Positions 40,751 through 54,711 of a stretch of DNA of 64,000 bases are shown one piece after another. The DNA is taken from assembly GCA_009914755.4 (NCBI GenBank), contig CP068257.2, forward strand, positions 9,536,001-9,600,000. Direction: 5' to 3'. The notes beneath the pieces are model-generated. The model saw only the letters and a program-made list of their open reading frames with translations, did no database searches and had not been told where the DNA came from. The first letter of the stretch is position 1; every line of letters starts with the position of its first letter. The DNA comes from the human T2T-CHM13v2.0 reference genome, Homo sapiens. Both the position numbers and the translations under genes were made by a program.

Positions 40751-41689
40751 TCAGCAGATGTAAAACAGCAGAATTAAAAGTATGTGTAAAAATAGATGAA
40801 TAATTTGAAAAAAATTATAAAATTAATAATATGTAATGAACATATATAAACACTAAAGACATTTAAAAAGAAATGAAGAGCAGATTTGGCAAAGGATATC
40901 CAAAAATAAAAATATAGTAATTGAATTTAAAAACCTATGAGATATGGATGATTAAAATTAGTATAATAAATATATATCACAGAGAAATAAAGTTATCAAC
41001 ATAGAGCAAGACGGACAAAAAATATTATTATATTAGATAATTTGAGTGCATTTAAGATGGTATTGAGGCAATATCTAGAGGTAATAACTGGAAATTTTCT
41101 GTAAGTCATTAAAGAAAAAAAATTTTCACATTCAGGAATTGGACAATTTCTGAACAGAATTGATAAAAATAAATCCAAACTAGAAAGAACACTGATTTGG
41201 TGAATATTTTAAAAAGAAGCTAGTTCACTGAAAAACTAATACAATACTGCAATGGCATACCAAGTTCCAAATGCAAAATATACAGTGCAAGATAGAATAC
41301 TATACACAGCGCTGAGACTTTTTGGGTCTACAAAATTTTAAGAAAGCACACTCATGGATTCATTGAACAACTGTTTTTAAAGTAACAAAGAAAGAAAAAA
41401 GAAAACACTAAAAAAGACAAGTGTGAGAAGCAAGTGGCAACTGTAAACCTGTTAAATGTAAGGGTAAATCTAAATAAGCATTAATTATTTAAAAATGTGA
41501 GGTCAGGAGTCCAGTCCCACCTGGGTAACAAAGTGAGGCATGAGTTACAATTAAAATACTAGAAAAGTATTGACCATTTCAATTAAATGTTTCTTTCAAA
41601 TCACTAATTATTTTCATGTTCCAAAATATAAAGGTTAATTTTTTATTCTCATTTTATTGATCTATCAGTAGTCTCTTTTTCTTTAATTA

Positions 41690-41734
41690 AAAAACAAACA
41701 AACAAAAACACATAAACAAACAAACAAACAAAAC
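41690..41734. repeat. (CAAA)n simple repeat
   Basis: aaaaacaaacaaacaaaaacacataaacaaacaaacaaacaaaacc. Confidence 0.8.
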
Positions 41735-42496
41735 CAGTTTTTTTCTTTGGCTTCCAGAACACGTCCTCTTGGCTTTCTTCTTATGTCTTTGTATGCTATT
41801 TCTTAGTCTTTGGAACACTTCTGTGTCCACCCCCACTCCCTTGATGAGTTGTCACAGAGCCATGGTTTACAATATTGTTTATGCTAAGAACTTGCAAATT
41901 TGTACCTCTACCTCTTACTTCTCTTCTAAATGCCAGGCTCTTACATCCAACTTCTTATGCTGTCTTCTTTTGAGAAGCTAATAAATATCTCAACTTTGAA
42001 ATGCACATTCTCACCAACGACCATTTGTCTCAGAGCAAAAATCTTAGAGTCAATCCTGCTTATTTTCTTTGTCAAGAATTGCACATCCAACCTTTCAGCG
42101 AGTCTTGCTGCTTGCTCTACCTTCAGAATCTATCCAAAGTTAGTCACTCTCTTAGTCTCTCCCAGAAACAGATCCCAGTAAAAACATTCAATCAGAAGTA
42201 ATTTGGGATGTAGAGAAAAACTGTATTCTTTTTCTTCCCTCAGCCTTTTGATGTGTTTATTTCAATGCTATTTTTACAATGTTACTTACTGAATACATTA
42301 ATTAAAATTGTAATCTGCCACTATTACTGTGTATCCTGCCTTACTTTATTTTCTTCACAAAATATATAACTTTTCAACACCTGTCTATATTTTATTTCTT
42401 TTGTGTCATCCTATATCTGACTGTAATCTTTACAAAGGCAAGGATTTTTTTCTTTAATATCCTAAATGTAGATGTTTGTCTCTAGTAGATTCAATG

Positions 42497-42937
42497 GTGC
42501 CTCCCAAAATATGATAAATATGCACATATCTTTCCATATGCTAGCCCACAGAAACTGTAGATGTGACCTAATTTTTTTGTATATATTAATAAGGATCTTG
42601 AGATGACATCATACTGGATGATCCTAGTGCACCCTAAATCCAATAAGTGTTCTTATGAAAGACAGAAGAGGAGAAGATACAGAAAATAGAAGGCTATTTG
42701 AGGATGGAAGCAGAGCTTGGAGTTATGCAGCTACAAACCAAAGAATGCCTTGAACCACCAGCAGCTGAAAGAGGTAAAGTAGGATCCACCCATAAACACT
42801 TGAGAAGGAAAGTGGGCCTACCTATACCTTGATTTCAGATTTCTGCCCTACAGAACTGTAAGAGAATATATTTCTGTTGCTTTAAACATTTACGTTTGTG
42901 GTAATTTGTTATAACAGATCCAGCAAACTCATATACT
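42497..42937 (+). mobile_element. ERVL-MaLR solo LTR, MLT1-like
   Basis: gtgcctcccaaaatatgat...gatcctagtgcaccctaaatccaataagtgttcttatgaaagacagaagaggagaag...ggaagcagagcttggagttatgcagctacaaaccaaagaatgccttgaaccaccagcagctgaaagagg...gatttctgccctacagaactgtaagagaatatatttctgttgctttaaac...tgtggtaatttgttataacagatccagcaaactcatatac closely follows the MLT1 consensus. Confidence 0.7.
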
Positions 42938-45639
42938 GGCACTGAGCAGATATTCAATAAGAATTGATTATGAATTATAGTCATTATGATAGTGTGGCAT
43001 TGACTCAGAGATGAACAATTTGTTCACTGGACTATAGCAGGAAATTCAAAAATTCATGGACGACTTTTGATATTTTACATATGAATTGTCATGTCACCCA
43101 GAAAAATGAATAACTATTCATAACATAGCAGTGATGCATTTGATTAACATATAGAAAAATTGTAAATTGTATTCTAACATCACATTAACTTCAAATGTGA
43201 AAGATATCTTGTATCACTTTTAAAGAAAATATAAAATATATTTTATTTAGTAAAATTGAATTTGTAGAATGATGACTTTTTTTTTTACTTTACTGCTTAA
43301 TACTTGAGAAATTTTCCTCTTTGATGAGGCTGTTAGAAAACAGGAACTCTAACAATTATATAGTGGGAAGATAAATTCATACAACGACTTTGGAAAGCTA
43401 CTTGACAATGTAAGGATGAAAGTGCCCAAAGTTGTAAAATTTCCCTGCTCTATGTCTATCCTATGAAAATTCTAATATATATAAACAACAAAACCATAAA
43501 TATTTATTGTAGCTTTGTTTTTAACATTTACAATGGTAAATATAAAAATGCCAACATTTCCTGATATGAAAATTGATAGCTTTATATTATATATATAATG
43601 AAATCCCATATAGAAATTAAACAAAAACGGATACCCAAGTATCAGCTGCAATGGTTCTCAAAAATATCATAGTGAGATTATAAAGCATGTGTTGAAATAA
43701 TACAGATAAAACAATAACATCTTATTTAAATTTGAAGATACAAACACTACCGTATGCGTTATAAAATATTCTATACACAGACCTGTACTTAAAAATAGAG
43801 AAATATACAAGGGGATGCTAAACAATTTTAGCCTGTAGTTATCCCTTGTAGAATTTCTTATAATCTTGTTTCTGGTTATGTTGCTGTATCAATTATTTTT
43901 CATGTTTGGGTATGTGTGAAATATTTCATAAAAGGAAGTTGGACGTTTTAATAATACATTGACTTTAACAGGAGGAAGAACAGGTGATTGGGGTATTTTG
44001 TTGTATACCAACACATGACTGAAATAATCATCTATTCTAATTCTGTTCAGTTCAGTGGAAAGTCTTTGAAGGTTTTTTAACAGAGTTGCAGTTTGTCATA
44101 TCTTTGAGAACATTGTGTTAGATTAAGTGGAACAGAAATGCTTAGAGGGAAGGAGATTAAAATAATGTGTTGTATGGATATTTGAGGTGACATACAATAG
44201 AACTGGAAAATAGAGAAACTTCATGAAAAATAGTATAAAAAGAGACATAAATGACTTACCAATTGACTCTGCTGTGTTTGATAGATGGGAATTGTAGTCG
44301 TAACATTGGATGAAATAGGAAAGACAGACTAGTAGAGCTCTTTGGAGGCAAGTTCTATAAGTTCTTTTTACATTTTGAGTGGAAGTTTTCACTTTTAAAT
44401 GAAATGCATATGGATAAAAAATAAAGGTAAATATAGTTATTATGAAATTGTCAACATAAAATGAGAGTTGATGCATAAAAATGAACAGACTGGAAAAAGG
44501 GAACTTTTTAAATATAAAAAAAATTGCTTCTTTTCTGATAGTATTCTTTCTTCTTAAACTTCATGATTATTCCTGGAAATTAAAGTGAAAAAAACTATCA
44601 TAAAACTATGACTCTATCATACTGTAACATTTCAGGGCCCACATTATTATACCTCCTCTCTCCATCTTGCATGACTGTTTAAAATGGTTCTGTTTGATAC
44701 ACTGACACTCAATTTCTTTTTATATGGAATGTAATTTGGGAGATTCTCTAAACAATCTGTATAATGGCAGACATGGAGTACAACTGAAATTAGAAATATT
44801 CTGTTGTAGTTTCCATTCTTTCTTAAAGGTTTTAACATTTTGTTATGAACATGACAAGCCTTATTTTTTTTCCACACATAGAAGGAACACGAATTATAAA
44901 TAGAACAAAACACTGTGAAATACTGCAAATGTAGAATAATTATTTGATCTCATGCACACACCTCGGTAATTTAAATTAAATTCTATAAGTTAATGACTAA
45001 ATATTTTAAAATTAACTACTTTAAATTAAGATGTATTTAGAAATAATTTTAATGTTATTGAAATTTTTTTAAAAAACCTATTGTAACATAAGAAATCATG
45101 ATATAATGCAAATACTACATATTTTCAGAAAATTTGGTAATGAATATCAACTCCCAAAAAACCATCTTAGTCATTGCATAAAATTCTACAAATGATATCT
45201 GATTTTAATTTAGAGGAAAGTACATGAACTGAAAGTCCCAACTGAATAAATGCTTAAAAAAGGATGATTTAAAAAAAATTAAAGGTAACATTTATTAATT
45301 AAAATAATTCTGATAGAAAATCCTAACAATGTACATTATTGTCTAGATTTATAATTCCGTAAATTAAATATACATCCCCCTGCAAGTGGCAATACTTCAA
45401 AAATTAATTCTAGTTTACAATTTAGTATAAAATAATGTATTAAAAGTGTCCCTGAAAGATGGAGTTTAATGGAGAAAAATGAGGAATATTATGAGTATCA
45501 GGACATGGAGAAGAGTAAAAAGTCAATATTGTGGGACAAATTAAATGACATAAAAAATCACCTTTTTTCATTTGATATAATGTAATGGTTATAAAATATC
45601 TTCTCAAGAGTTCTTCAACTGTCATTTCATTGAGATGTG

Positions 45640-46155
45640 GGGACTGGGGTCTCTGACCTTGAATCTGGGGGGACTTTTAACTTCTTTGACTAAGAGAATA
45701 CAAAAAAAAGCAATGCTGTGTAACTTTTGAGACCTGGCCTAAATCGACAATCTGACTTCTGCTCACTTTTTTTCAGAATCCTCCATCTCAGGAGGGCCCC
45801 AGTATTGCCAGGCTGGGAGAAACCCAAACCATGAGGATAGACCATGAATAGGAGTTCTGGTTGACAATCCCAGTTCATTCCTAGCTTCAAATACACAAGG
45901 CCAAGTGCCAGATATGGGCATAAAAAGCAATTTGGAAGTGGACACTCCAGTCCCAGCTGTCCTAGCCCTCAGCTATTTGAGTTGCATTCAGACATGTAAA
46001 TCTTCCCAGCTGAGGCCTCATCATTGAGGTGCAGAAAAGGGGCATGCCCACTGTGCCTGTTTCTAAATTCCTGACCCACAGAACCTGTGAGCATAATACA
46101 AGTTTACTATTTTATACCAGTAAGTTTGGGGTATAGTATTATGCAACAATACAAG
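45640..46155 (+). mobile_element. Probable MaLR/ERVL-type LTR; 5' boundary uncertain
   Basis: The 3' end, cctgacccacagaacctgtgagcataatacaagtttactattttataccagtaagtttggggtatagtattatgcaacaatacaag, matches the canonical MaLR LTR tail ...ctgtgagaaataaatgtttgttgttttaagccac..gtttggggtaatttgttac.gcaa.....taatacag. Confidence 0.4.
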
Positions 46156-47307
46156 CTGATGCACAAAAAATATCTTCTTTGTTGCATAAACTCTATATAA
46201 ACTGGCATATGCTTAGTTCTTAAACCTCTCTCCAATCTCCTTCTCTTTCCCCATACTCAAACTAATCTTTTTTTTCTGCTCCTTCAACAAACCAGCACTT
46301 GTATTTACACATTAGATAAATTGCACCATTAACTTAAAAAACACAATTTCCAAGATTTTTACAATACTGTGTCTTATAGTTTAAAGTATCTCAGCCTTTA
46401 AGTATCACTTGTTAGATAACATTTAGTTGCCAATCTTTTTATAATTGCTTTCTCTTACTCTACTCCTTAGCTTACAGTCCTTTCTGCCATATTTATCGTA
46501 TTTGTATAACAGATCAAAATCTGTGGTTATCTATTTATTTACCTAATTTTCAGCTCTCTCCACTTATTATCATATAAGTTACAAACATTTCAGGTCATAT
46601 CTTCAGTTTACCACACTATACCAGTAGCTTAAATATCACATTACCCATACTAGCCACTCAAAAATATTTATTATGGAATTAATGGAACTCTAAATTTAAT
46701 CTGGTCTCCAAACTAAATATATGGCATAAGTATCAATATAGGTTTCAGGTAGATAGGGTTTAGCTATAAGGAATACAGGGTGCAACTAAAAGCAGTTTTC
46801 ACAGGCAAGATGTTTACTTACTTCTACAAAAGAAAGAGTACAAGCCAGGACAGGATAAGAAGAGCAGCCACACAGGGACGCTGAAGATTTGTTATACACA
46901 TGTAGGGACATTAATAGCATTTCCTTAGAAAGAGGTATGATATAAGATAGCATGATGCCTGTAGCACCCTGAGTCATGATTGCTCATATTGCAGCCAAGA
47001 AAAATAGGAAAGGCTGAAGCAGCAAAGGGCAAAGGGGCAAAAGGCCAAAGCCATGCAGGCCAAGTTTGTGCTTTTTTAAAGGCTTTCCTAGGAACCTATC
47101 TTATGATATCCATTTCAATGTCACAAAATTCACATGGCCACACCAAGAAACATGGATATTTTACTTTCCAAATAAAAAACTAGGCAAGAGAAGTTTACAT
47201 TTGCATAGCCTATCAATAGTGTCTGCCAAGATATTTCCATTTTTTAGTGTATCAGAAAATTGGGCACACATGACTAACGTACTTTATTCATTTTAAATAG
47301 AAACAAA

Positions 47308-47392
47308 TGTGTGTGCATATATATATAAAAGATACATATTTATATGTGTGTAAATATGTGTGCGTGTATGTGTGTGTGTGTGTAAAACCAAT
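47308..47392. repeat. Imperfect (TG)n/(TA)n simple repeat
   Basis: gtgtgtgcatatatatataaaagatacatatttatatgtgtgtaaatatgtgtgcgtgtatgtgtgtgtgtgtgtaaaacc. Confidence 0.7.
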
Positions 47393-47982
47393 CAACTTCT
47401 GCTTAAAAACTTCTGTAAAACTCATTTTTTTTTCCAGTATGTTTCCTCTGAAGGCAATCTTCACATCTAGGGAATATTAATGGTAATAATAACAGCATTG
47501 ATTTATTGAGAGTTTTCCTATGTAACAATTACTATACAAGTATGCCATTTAATCTATTTCTCTAGTTTCAATATTAATATTGGTACTTAATAAATGAGTA
47601 AACTGAAAATAATAAGTTTAAAATCTTTTTTCACAGCTAGTCAGCAATACAACTAGGATTTGATATCAGATTCATACAATTCCGAAGACCCTGACCACTA
47701 AATGCAAAAGGTACATGGCAACAGCTGATTGCAATGAGAGAAAAACAACTAATAAGGCAACAAGCAGGATACTAAGATATTTTCCAAAATGAATAGCACT
47801 GATTCTGTGAGGAATGAACATTGCCAAACAAGTGTTTTGTTTTGTTTTTCAACTCCTCTAAAAAATTCACATATATGCATGCCACTTTCCTGAAAAATAT
47901 CTGCTTCATAATTGCCATAAGAAACTGTATGGACAACTCTTAAACATTCTGAAAGTAGTCAGGGATGGGGGAAAGCATTTGC

Positions 47983-48386
47983 TGTTTTAGTCTGTTCCTG
48001 GTCTTATAATAAATATCACAGACTGGGTAATTTATGATTATAGAAATGTATTTCTGAAAGTTCAGGAGTTGGGAAGTTCAAGATTATGGCACCAACATAT
48101 TCATTGTCTGATGAGGGCCTGTTTCATAGATGTCATTTTGCATGACTTAATCATATGGTAGGAAAAGCAAAGGGACAAAATGGACAAATGCCATGTTGTC
48201 ACATGGCAGAAGAAATGGAAGAGCCAGGAAGCTCTCAGAAGCTTCCTTTATTAGGATATTAATCTCATTCATGAGTGCACAGCCATTATGACTTAATTGC
48301 CTCCAAAGGCCCCACTTCCTCATCACTTTGAGGATTAAACTTAAACATGAATTTGGAGGAAATATATTCAAACTCTAGGACTAGTT
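47983..48386 (-). mobile_element. ERVL-MaLR solo LTR, MLT1-like, antisense
   Basis: ...ggatattaatctcattcatgagtgcacagccattatgacttaattgcctccaaaggccccacttcctcatcactttgaggattaaacttaaacatgaatttggagg is the reverse complement of the MLT1 5' region (...aaattcatatgttgaagccctaa..cccaatgtgatggtatttggagatggggcctttgggaggtaattaggt..tgagg..catgag..tggggccctcatgatgggattagtgcc). Confidence 0.5.
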
Positions 48387-49192
48387 TAAATGTAGCTAAA
48401 AAGGTTTCTTCATTCTGTAATCGTTAATATGCTAATATTTTTGTAAATATCCAAGAGGAAGCTAAAGCATATAATATTCCAAAATTTATTTGTTTGTGGA
48501 TATTATGTTTTCCTCTCATTCAATCTCAAGAAATTAGTGTCCTCAAGAAACACTATATAGGATAATTGTCTTTCAAGTTCATCAACTACCGGTTCTTGAT
48601 TCTTCAGTAGCTAATCCTAGATAGTAATACTTAACAGATTATAAAAACTTGGGTGCTGCTATATAAATGCGCTGAAACTCCCAGGGAACCAAACATAAGG
48701 ACTTAAAGAGAGATGTAACTAGGGATCATAATCATGAATTTCAGCTGCTTCTCTATCTTTGTCAGTGAGCAAATGACCATACAAAATAAGGTATTCAATT
48801 ATTAATTCTGTGCCCATATCCCGGAATTTTGCCCAATATATTTGTAAGTTTAGATAAATAAGGCACTAATGCCAGGGATATGTAGCATTAGTTCTGGGTT
48901 TATAAAGGGATATTCACAACCTCTTGCCATCCACAGAATTTATCAGCCCAAAGTAAACTATACTCGTTTGTTAAGGGCAACCTGAAACATGTTTAAAACT
49001 GAGGTAGACTGAAGAGTCAACTAATTGCAGGAATCTTTTGTTATTTGGTTGAAATGTTCAAACAAGTCCCACTCTGAATTCTATTAGAAGTCCATCATTG
49101 GCTTCTCTCTCTTTCTCACTGTCTTAAATCATGTATTTTATAACACTATGAAGAATGAAGTTCAAAAGAATAAGCTAAATTTAATTAATTAA

Positions 49193-50415
49193 ATTATTTA
49201 TTTATTTATTTTGGGACAGAGTCTCACTCTGTCACCCAGGCCAGAGTTCAGTTGCACGATCCTGGCTCACCGCATCCTTCACCTCCTGGGCTCGAGATCC
49301 TCCTGAAGCAGGGCATTTCCCTGACCCCTTCATGGGACTCGTGACAGGGGTGCCCCATTTACTCAGCCCACTGCTCTCAACTCCTCAAGGGAGGGAGTGT
49401 GTAATTGAATAAGGCAGGAACTGGAGTACATGAGTGCTGGAACCAGTGGCCTCTTTGGTGCCAGAAGGAGTGAACTCACCCACTCTGACCTGCTGTGTTC
49501 CACCTCTTGCAGGAGAGAGCATGCAGGTGAGCAGGTATAGGAGCCAGGAAGAGAGCTCTGGGGTGTTGGCAGGAGCAAACTCCATGTGGGCCTCATAGCA
49601 GCCCCTGGTGTTAGGGGGGGTGCCTGTGATTCCTGAAGCCCCAGTGGGCATATTACAGTGCTCCTTTAGCTCTGCCATCTTCAGACAGCTGAAGTGTTAG
49701 CAGCTCAGCATGCCTTTTTGTATCCACACTCACTCCTGAGCTCTTGTTTGGCATCCAGGAAAAATCAGCTCACAGAAACGAATTGAAGGATGGTAAATGC
49801 AGAGGATTTTATTGCCAAGGAAAGTGGCTCTCAGCAGGAAGGGCAGCTGGGAAGGACATGTAGCAGGAAGGTTTCTGGCTGGACTCTTCTCCAAAGTTGC
49901 ACTGTCAAACTGTCTCTCTGAAATCAAGCTGCTTCTCTCCAACGTCCAACCATAGTCTCTGATGCCTAGCTGCTGCTTCTCTTTTGATGTTCAGCTGCTT
50001 CTCTTTTTTGCTAGCTGAGTCTGGGGTTTTTATGGGCACAGGATGGGGAACAGGGGAGGTCATGGGTAATTTTGTAAAAGGCAACATTTGAGTGGGAAAA
50101 CAGGAACGTATGTTCTCACTTTGGGCTTTGGTTCCAGGCTTGAGGGTGGAGCCCTTGCCAGGGACCTGCCCTCTTTTGCCCAGAATTTCCCTGCCTCCCT
50201 TCCCTATCACTCCCACCCCATCACTCCCACCTCAACATCCTGAGTAGCTGGGATTATAGGCGCACACCACCACATCTGATTAATATTTAAATTTTTTGTA
50301 GAGACAGGGTTTTGTCATGTTGCCCAGGCTGGTCTCAAACCCTGGGCTCAAGTGATTTGCCCACCTCAGCCTCCCAAAGTTCTGGGATTACAGATGTGAG
50401 CCAGTGTGCCTGGCC
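49193..50415 (-). mobile_element. One antisense Alu split into two pieces (49193-49313 and 50229-50415) by a ~915-bp insertion
   Basis: Piece 1: T-rich tail then gggacagagtctcactctgtcacccaggccagagttcagttgcacgatcctggctcaccgcatccttcacctcctgggctcgagatcctcctg. Piece 2: cctcaacatcctgagtagctgggattataggcgcacaccaccac...ccaaagttctgggattacagatgtgagccagtgtgcctggcc. The two pieces are collinear with one Alu consensus. Confidence 0.85.
49314..50228 (-). mobile_element. LTR-like insertion (probable solo LTR, family unidentified) inside the Alu
   Basis: Read on the minus strand it shows ...cccataaaaaccccagactcagc (TATA-like) ...ccactttccttggcaataaaatcctctgcatttaccatcc (AATAAA) ...; this is a U3-R-U5-like layout, ~915 bp, and it lies within an Alu at a single break-point. 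Confidence 0.45.
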
Positions 50416-53400
50416 CTAAATAATATTTATATGGGCATTTTGTAATTATTATTTTTTAATAATATAAATGTTTCCTTTTTAATATGAATTTTTCAAGAGT
50501 TTTAAAATTGACTGATTATTCATTAAAATTTAATGAAGGACAGGAATTGGCTATTTTTCTGAATGACAAAAATTAGGAAATTTTTAGAGAGATGATGAAT
50601 TTATCCTAGAATATATGGAAAGAGTAAATCTTGTTATATAGAAAAAGCTACTTTCCAATCCGAAGGATCTTAGAATAATAAATTTTTTTTTTCTAGTTTC
50701 CTTATAATTGTTTCAAAGTAATACTTTAGACCAAAAATTGTATATCTCAGTAGGTGGCCTATATGATAATTAAAAAATTAAAAGCTAAGTTAATTAAATT
50801 TTTAATTATTTTAATTTTTATTAATTTTAATTATCAATCTTCATTGAAGAATTTTGTCCAAAAAATGTGGACAATATGTGTCATAAGGATTAATCAGCAT
50901 AAAATAGTCCCCAAAGGAAATTAAAGGACCGATTAGATAGTACTAAAATAACAATCATACAAAGTAGAAAGTGGTGTTATAAGAGAAATGTAGATAAAAT
51001 ATTGTAAGAAACTAAAGCAGGAAGATAATGGTTTGAGTTGTGGGAGATCAGGGAAGATTTTTTGGAAAAAGTAACGTTTAAGCTAGATCTTAGAGAGACA
51101 TGACTTAATAGAAAAGTAGGCAAAAAAATATGAATAACCCTTTCAGATTACAGGCAATACAAATTATGATAAATATAAAAAAATTCTTACTTTACTAGTA
51201 ATCAAGTAATTGAATTAAACAATTGGATACCAATTTTTCTTCAGCAGACTGGCAAAACATAAGATGTTAACAAGGGTTTTGAGGGTACAGGGAAGAGGGT
51301 AGGCTCAAACTATGCTGGTATCAATGTATAACCAAGATCTCCTTTGGAATACAATTGTTATATAGTCTACATTCTGTAAAAACTAAACACATATGTTTGC
51401 CTTTCCACTTTTGGAAATACATGGTAGATAATCATGCAAGAATGTCAATTGCAGTATTGTGTTGTAATTTTTAAAAATACTCAAAATATTTATCAATATA
51501 TAACTACAAATAAAAATAGTTGGACTATCATGCAGACTACAATGCCTCTATTGTGGCATAATAGTTAATAATACAATCTCTGAGAGCAGAATATCTGGAT
51601 TTGAATAATTTGCTCTCCCTCTAAATGACCTTGAGCAAAGTACTTACAATCTTTTTCTCTCTTCTGTAAAATGGAGATAACAGCATTGCCAATTTATTAG
51701 CTTGTCATGATGATTAAATGAGATAATCCATATATCACACCAAGTACCCACTACATAATAAGCAACTAATTAAATTTGACTAATATTAATAATTTCATTA
51801 TTATTCATCTTAATATCATGGCATGACTTCTAAGGTATATTATTAAATAGAAAAAGAGAAGTTTTAAACTGAGCCATAGTTTAGAACTTGACTTAAAGCA
51901 GACTCACAAAGCAAATGCTCATATCTAGGACAGGTAAATCTACACGTGTTTATACACACATTCACTGTGTTTGGGGAAAATACACACCAAACTGGAAACA
52001 CTGGTTGTCTCTGAAGAAGAGACAGGGCTTTGGCAATATTCAAATTAGGCTTTAACTGTTTCTGAAAGTTTCAGTTCTCTATAAGGAGAAGGTATTACTT
52101 ATGTAATTTTTAAAAATTACATATTAAGTACTAAATGACTGAAGCTTCTTAGAATTGATGGGGGCAGGCATCACATGGGCAGCAAGGCATTCACATAATG
52201 GAGAATCATGGTCTCCTGTAGATGTCTAGGAGTGATAAAATTAACTACCTTTTAGGTGGTGTAGTTTCCTGGTTGAGCTGATAATTATTAAGTTAATGAT
52301 TAGTAGGTTATTTCTCAACACTGAAGAGATTATTAGTGTTTCAAAGTTTTCACTGTAATTCATCTGTAAAACCATTCAACCTACCTCCAGTACACCTCAG
52401 TAATCTGGTGACAAGAGAGTATTCTTGCACACTTTATTTCCTCTTCAGTGATCTAATGCCAATAATGCCAGCCTATAGAAACAACAGCCAATTATAACAA
52501 AAAGCACATTAAAAAGTCAAATATAGCTGAGTAATAGACATAAAAATACCTTATTAACATTTTTGTAACACTCTCAACTGAAATAAACAGACCACTCTCG
52601 ATTTTAGCATCTGGTTCCAAACAATTCTTGTTTGGGTGATAACTTTTTAAAAACAAATGCTGGGCATCTTTCATCGACTTTTCATCAAGTAACAGCTGTT
52701 CCTTTAGAACAAAATGTATGCATGTTGGAAGGGTGACTGATGCTCACTTCTGTTTTGTTCTGTGTGAGAAAGCTTTATGTTGGGTGCAATTCAGAAAACA
52801 AATGGTTTCAAATCTTTTGAATAGATGCCATAGCACAGTTTAAATGCAGCTTCTTGTGATTTTTAGAATAATTTCAGCCACAATTTTTACATTCAATTTA
52901 TAACTATACTAAGACATTCTCCTTCAGAACAAAGGCATTTCTGTTTTCATGTGCTCTTGGGCATCTTCGGGTCATTCATTATATCAATCATTTATCTTCG
53001 TAAAGTGTTTGGCTATGAACAATTACTTACTACACCAAAACATGAAAGAAATAGATATAGCTCATCTGCTCTTGAATGCATTTCTACAGATTCCCTTAGG
53101 ATAATTCCTGTTTCAACTTAAGCTATTAAATTTTTTGCTGAATTCAAATCACCTAATCTGCTGAAACATGTGGAGACAAATAACCACAGACGTTTGCATG
53201 AAGGTTCAGGTGTATTTAAGGGAAGCTTAATTATAAGACACTATGAAATTCTCCTAATTAATTTGGAGCTAAATATTCTACATCAAATATTTTACAAAAC
53301 TTAAAGAAATATTTACTTTTCACATGATTACGATTTTGATACTAGGTTAAAAATGACTTATATTGGCATTTTTTAAACAGTTTAAGACAAATAATGTTTT

Positions 53401-54711
53401 TGATACTGTTTATTATAACATATGAAAAGTCTTTATATTTATGCAAATATACTCTATTTTATTGTCTGTTCATTTCATGTTGCATTTGCATGCACTCCTG
53501 AATTACTTGTTACTAAAACATACAGAACAGACAGAAAGTTAAAATTGGTTAATTTCTATCTAATCTGGATAAGATAAACACAATGAGTGAAATAAATCAT
53601 TATGTCAAATAACAAAAACCTCATGCATAGAAACTTCAACATTTCTGAATAACAAAAAGTATAACATTATGTAGGGCAAGGTGCCACTTTTGTATCAACT
53701 AGAAATAAGCCCTGAATCTGAATGATGAAATTTTAATAGTAACTGTTGACCGCAGGGCAGAGTTTACTCTCTTGGTCAGATGCTTTTGTGAATGACACAG
53801 TGTGTCCAGATCACTTTTCCCTATAATCACTTCAAATTACTTGACTTTTTGATCTGTTCCTTTTTTCTGTCTCTTTTTTGTCCACAACAGATATTCCAAA
53901 TATCCACCGAGTTTTCAAATACTCCAGTCCATAATTGGTCTTCCCATTCCTAGCAGAAGTACTTTGTCTTCTACTTCCCAGAATAATGTTAATTCTCTTA
54001 TTTTAGACTTGCTTGCTTTAATTTGTATTTGTTCTTGGCTTTTTTTCTTTCCATCTCACAGGATAAGAGGGCATCTCTTCTTCCATATTCATAAATACGT
54101 TGCCAACAGGAATTTGTTGTTATTTACACTTTCTTCTCCTAGACATTTTAATTTTACTTACCTTCCCTGAGCACATGGCAAAGTCAAAACACAAGCAGAA
54201 TCTTACTTATGAATAGAGGCAGATTTATTAAGCCAGGGGTAGGCAAACTATAGCCAATAAGCCAAAGCCAGGCTGCCACGGGTTTTTATAAATAAAATTT
54301 TATAGGAACTCAGCCACAGACATTCCTTTACATATTGCCTACAGCTGCTTAAGCACTACAAAGGCAAAGTTGCATATTTACAACACAAATCATATGGCCT
54401 GCAAGCCTAAAGTATCTACTATCGTGCCCTTTATAGAAAATGTTTATCAGCTTTTGTTCTCTTATCCTAAGTTATGAGGCTTACATTTCTGGCCACCTCA
54501 TTTGCATTTGAGTTTCCAGTTTTGAGTTTGTTGTTTTGTATTCTTGCTTAAAGAGCCCCAAACCCTGACCTCCAAATTGAATGTGCTGTAGATCCCACAA
54601 AATATGGATCCAATCAAGCTGATGCCATGTCATTATCTGTAGCTTTTATTCTTTGCCATCACACACCTTCCTTGAACAGTTAGGCTTCTGCAAAAAATCT
54701 TAAATAATCAC

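Noticed and set aside
41508-41552. Short Alu-like stretch (gaggtcaggagtccagtcccacctgggtaacaaagtgaggcatgag)
   Set aside because: It is only ~45 bp and mosaic between the Alu left-arm and right-arm ends. It is too short and divergent to call confidently.
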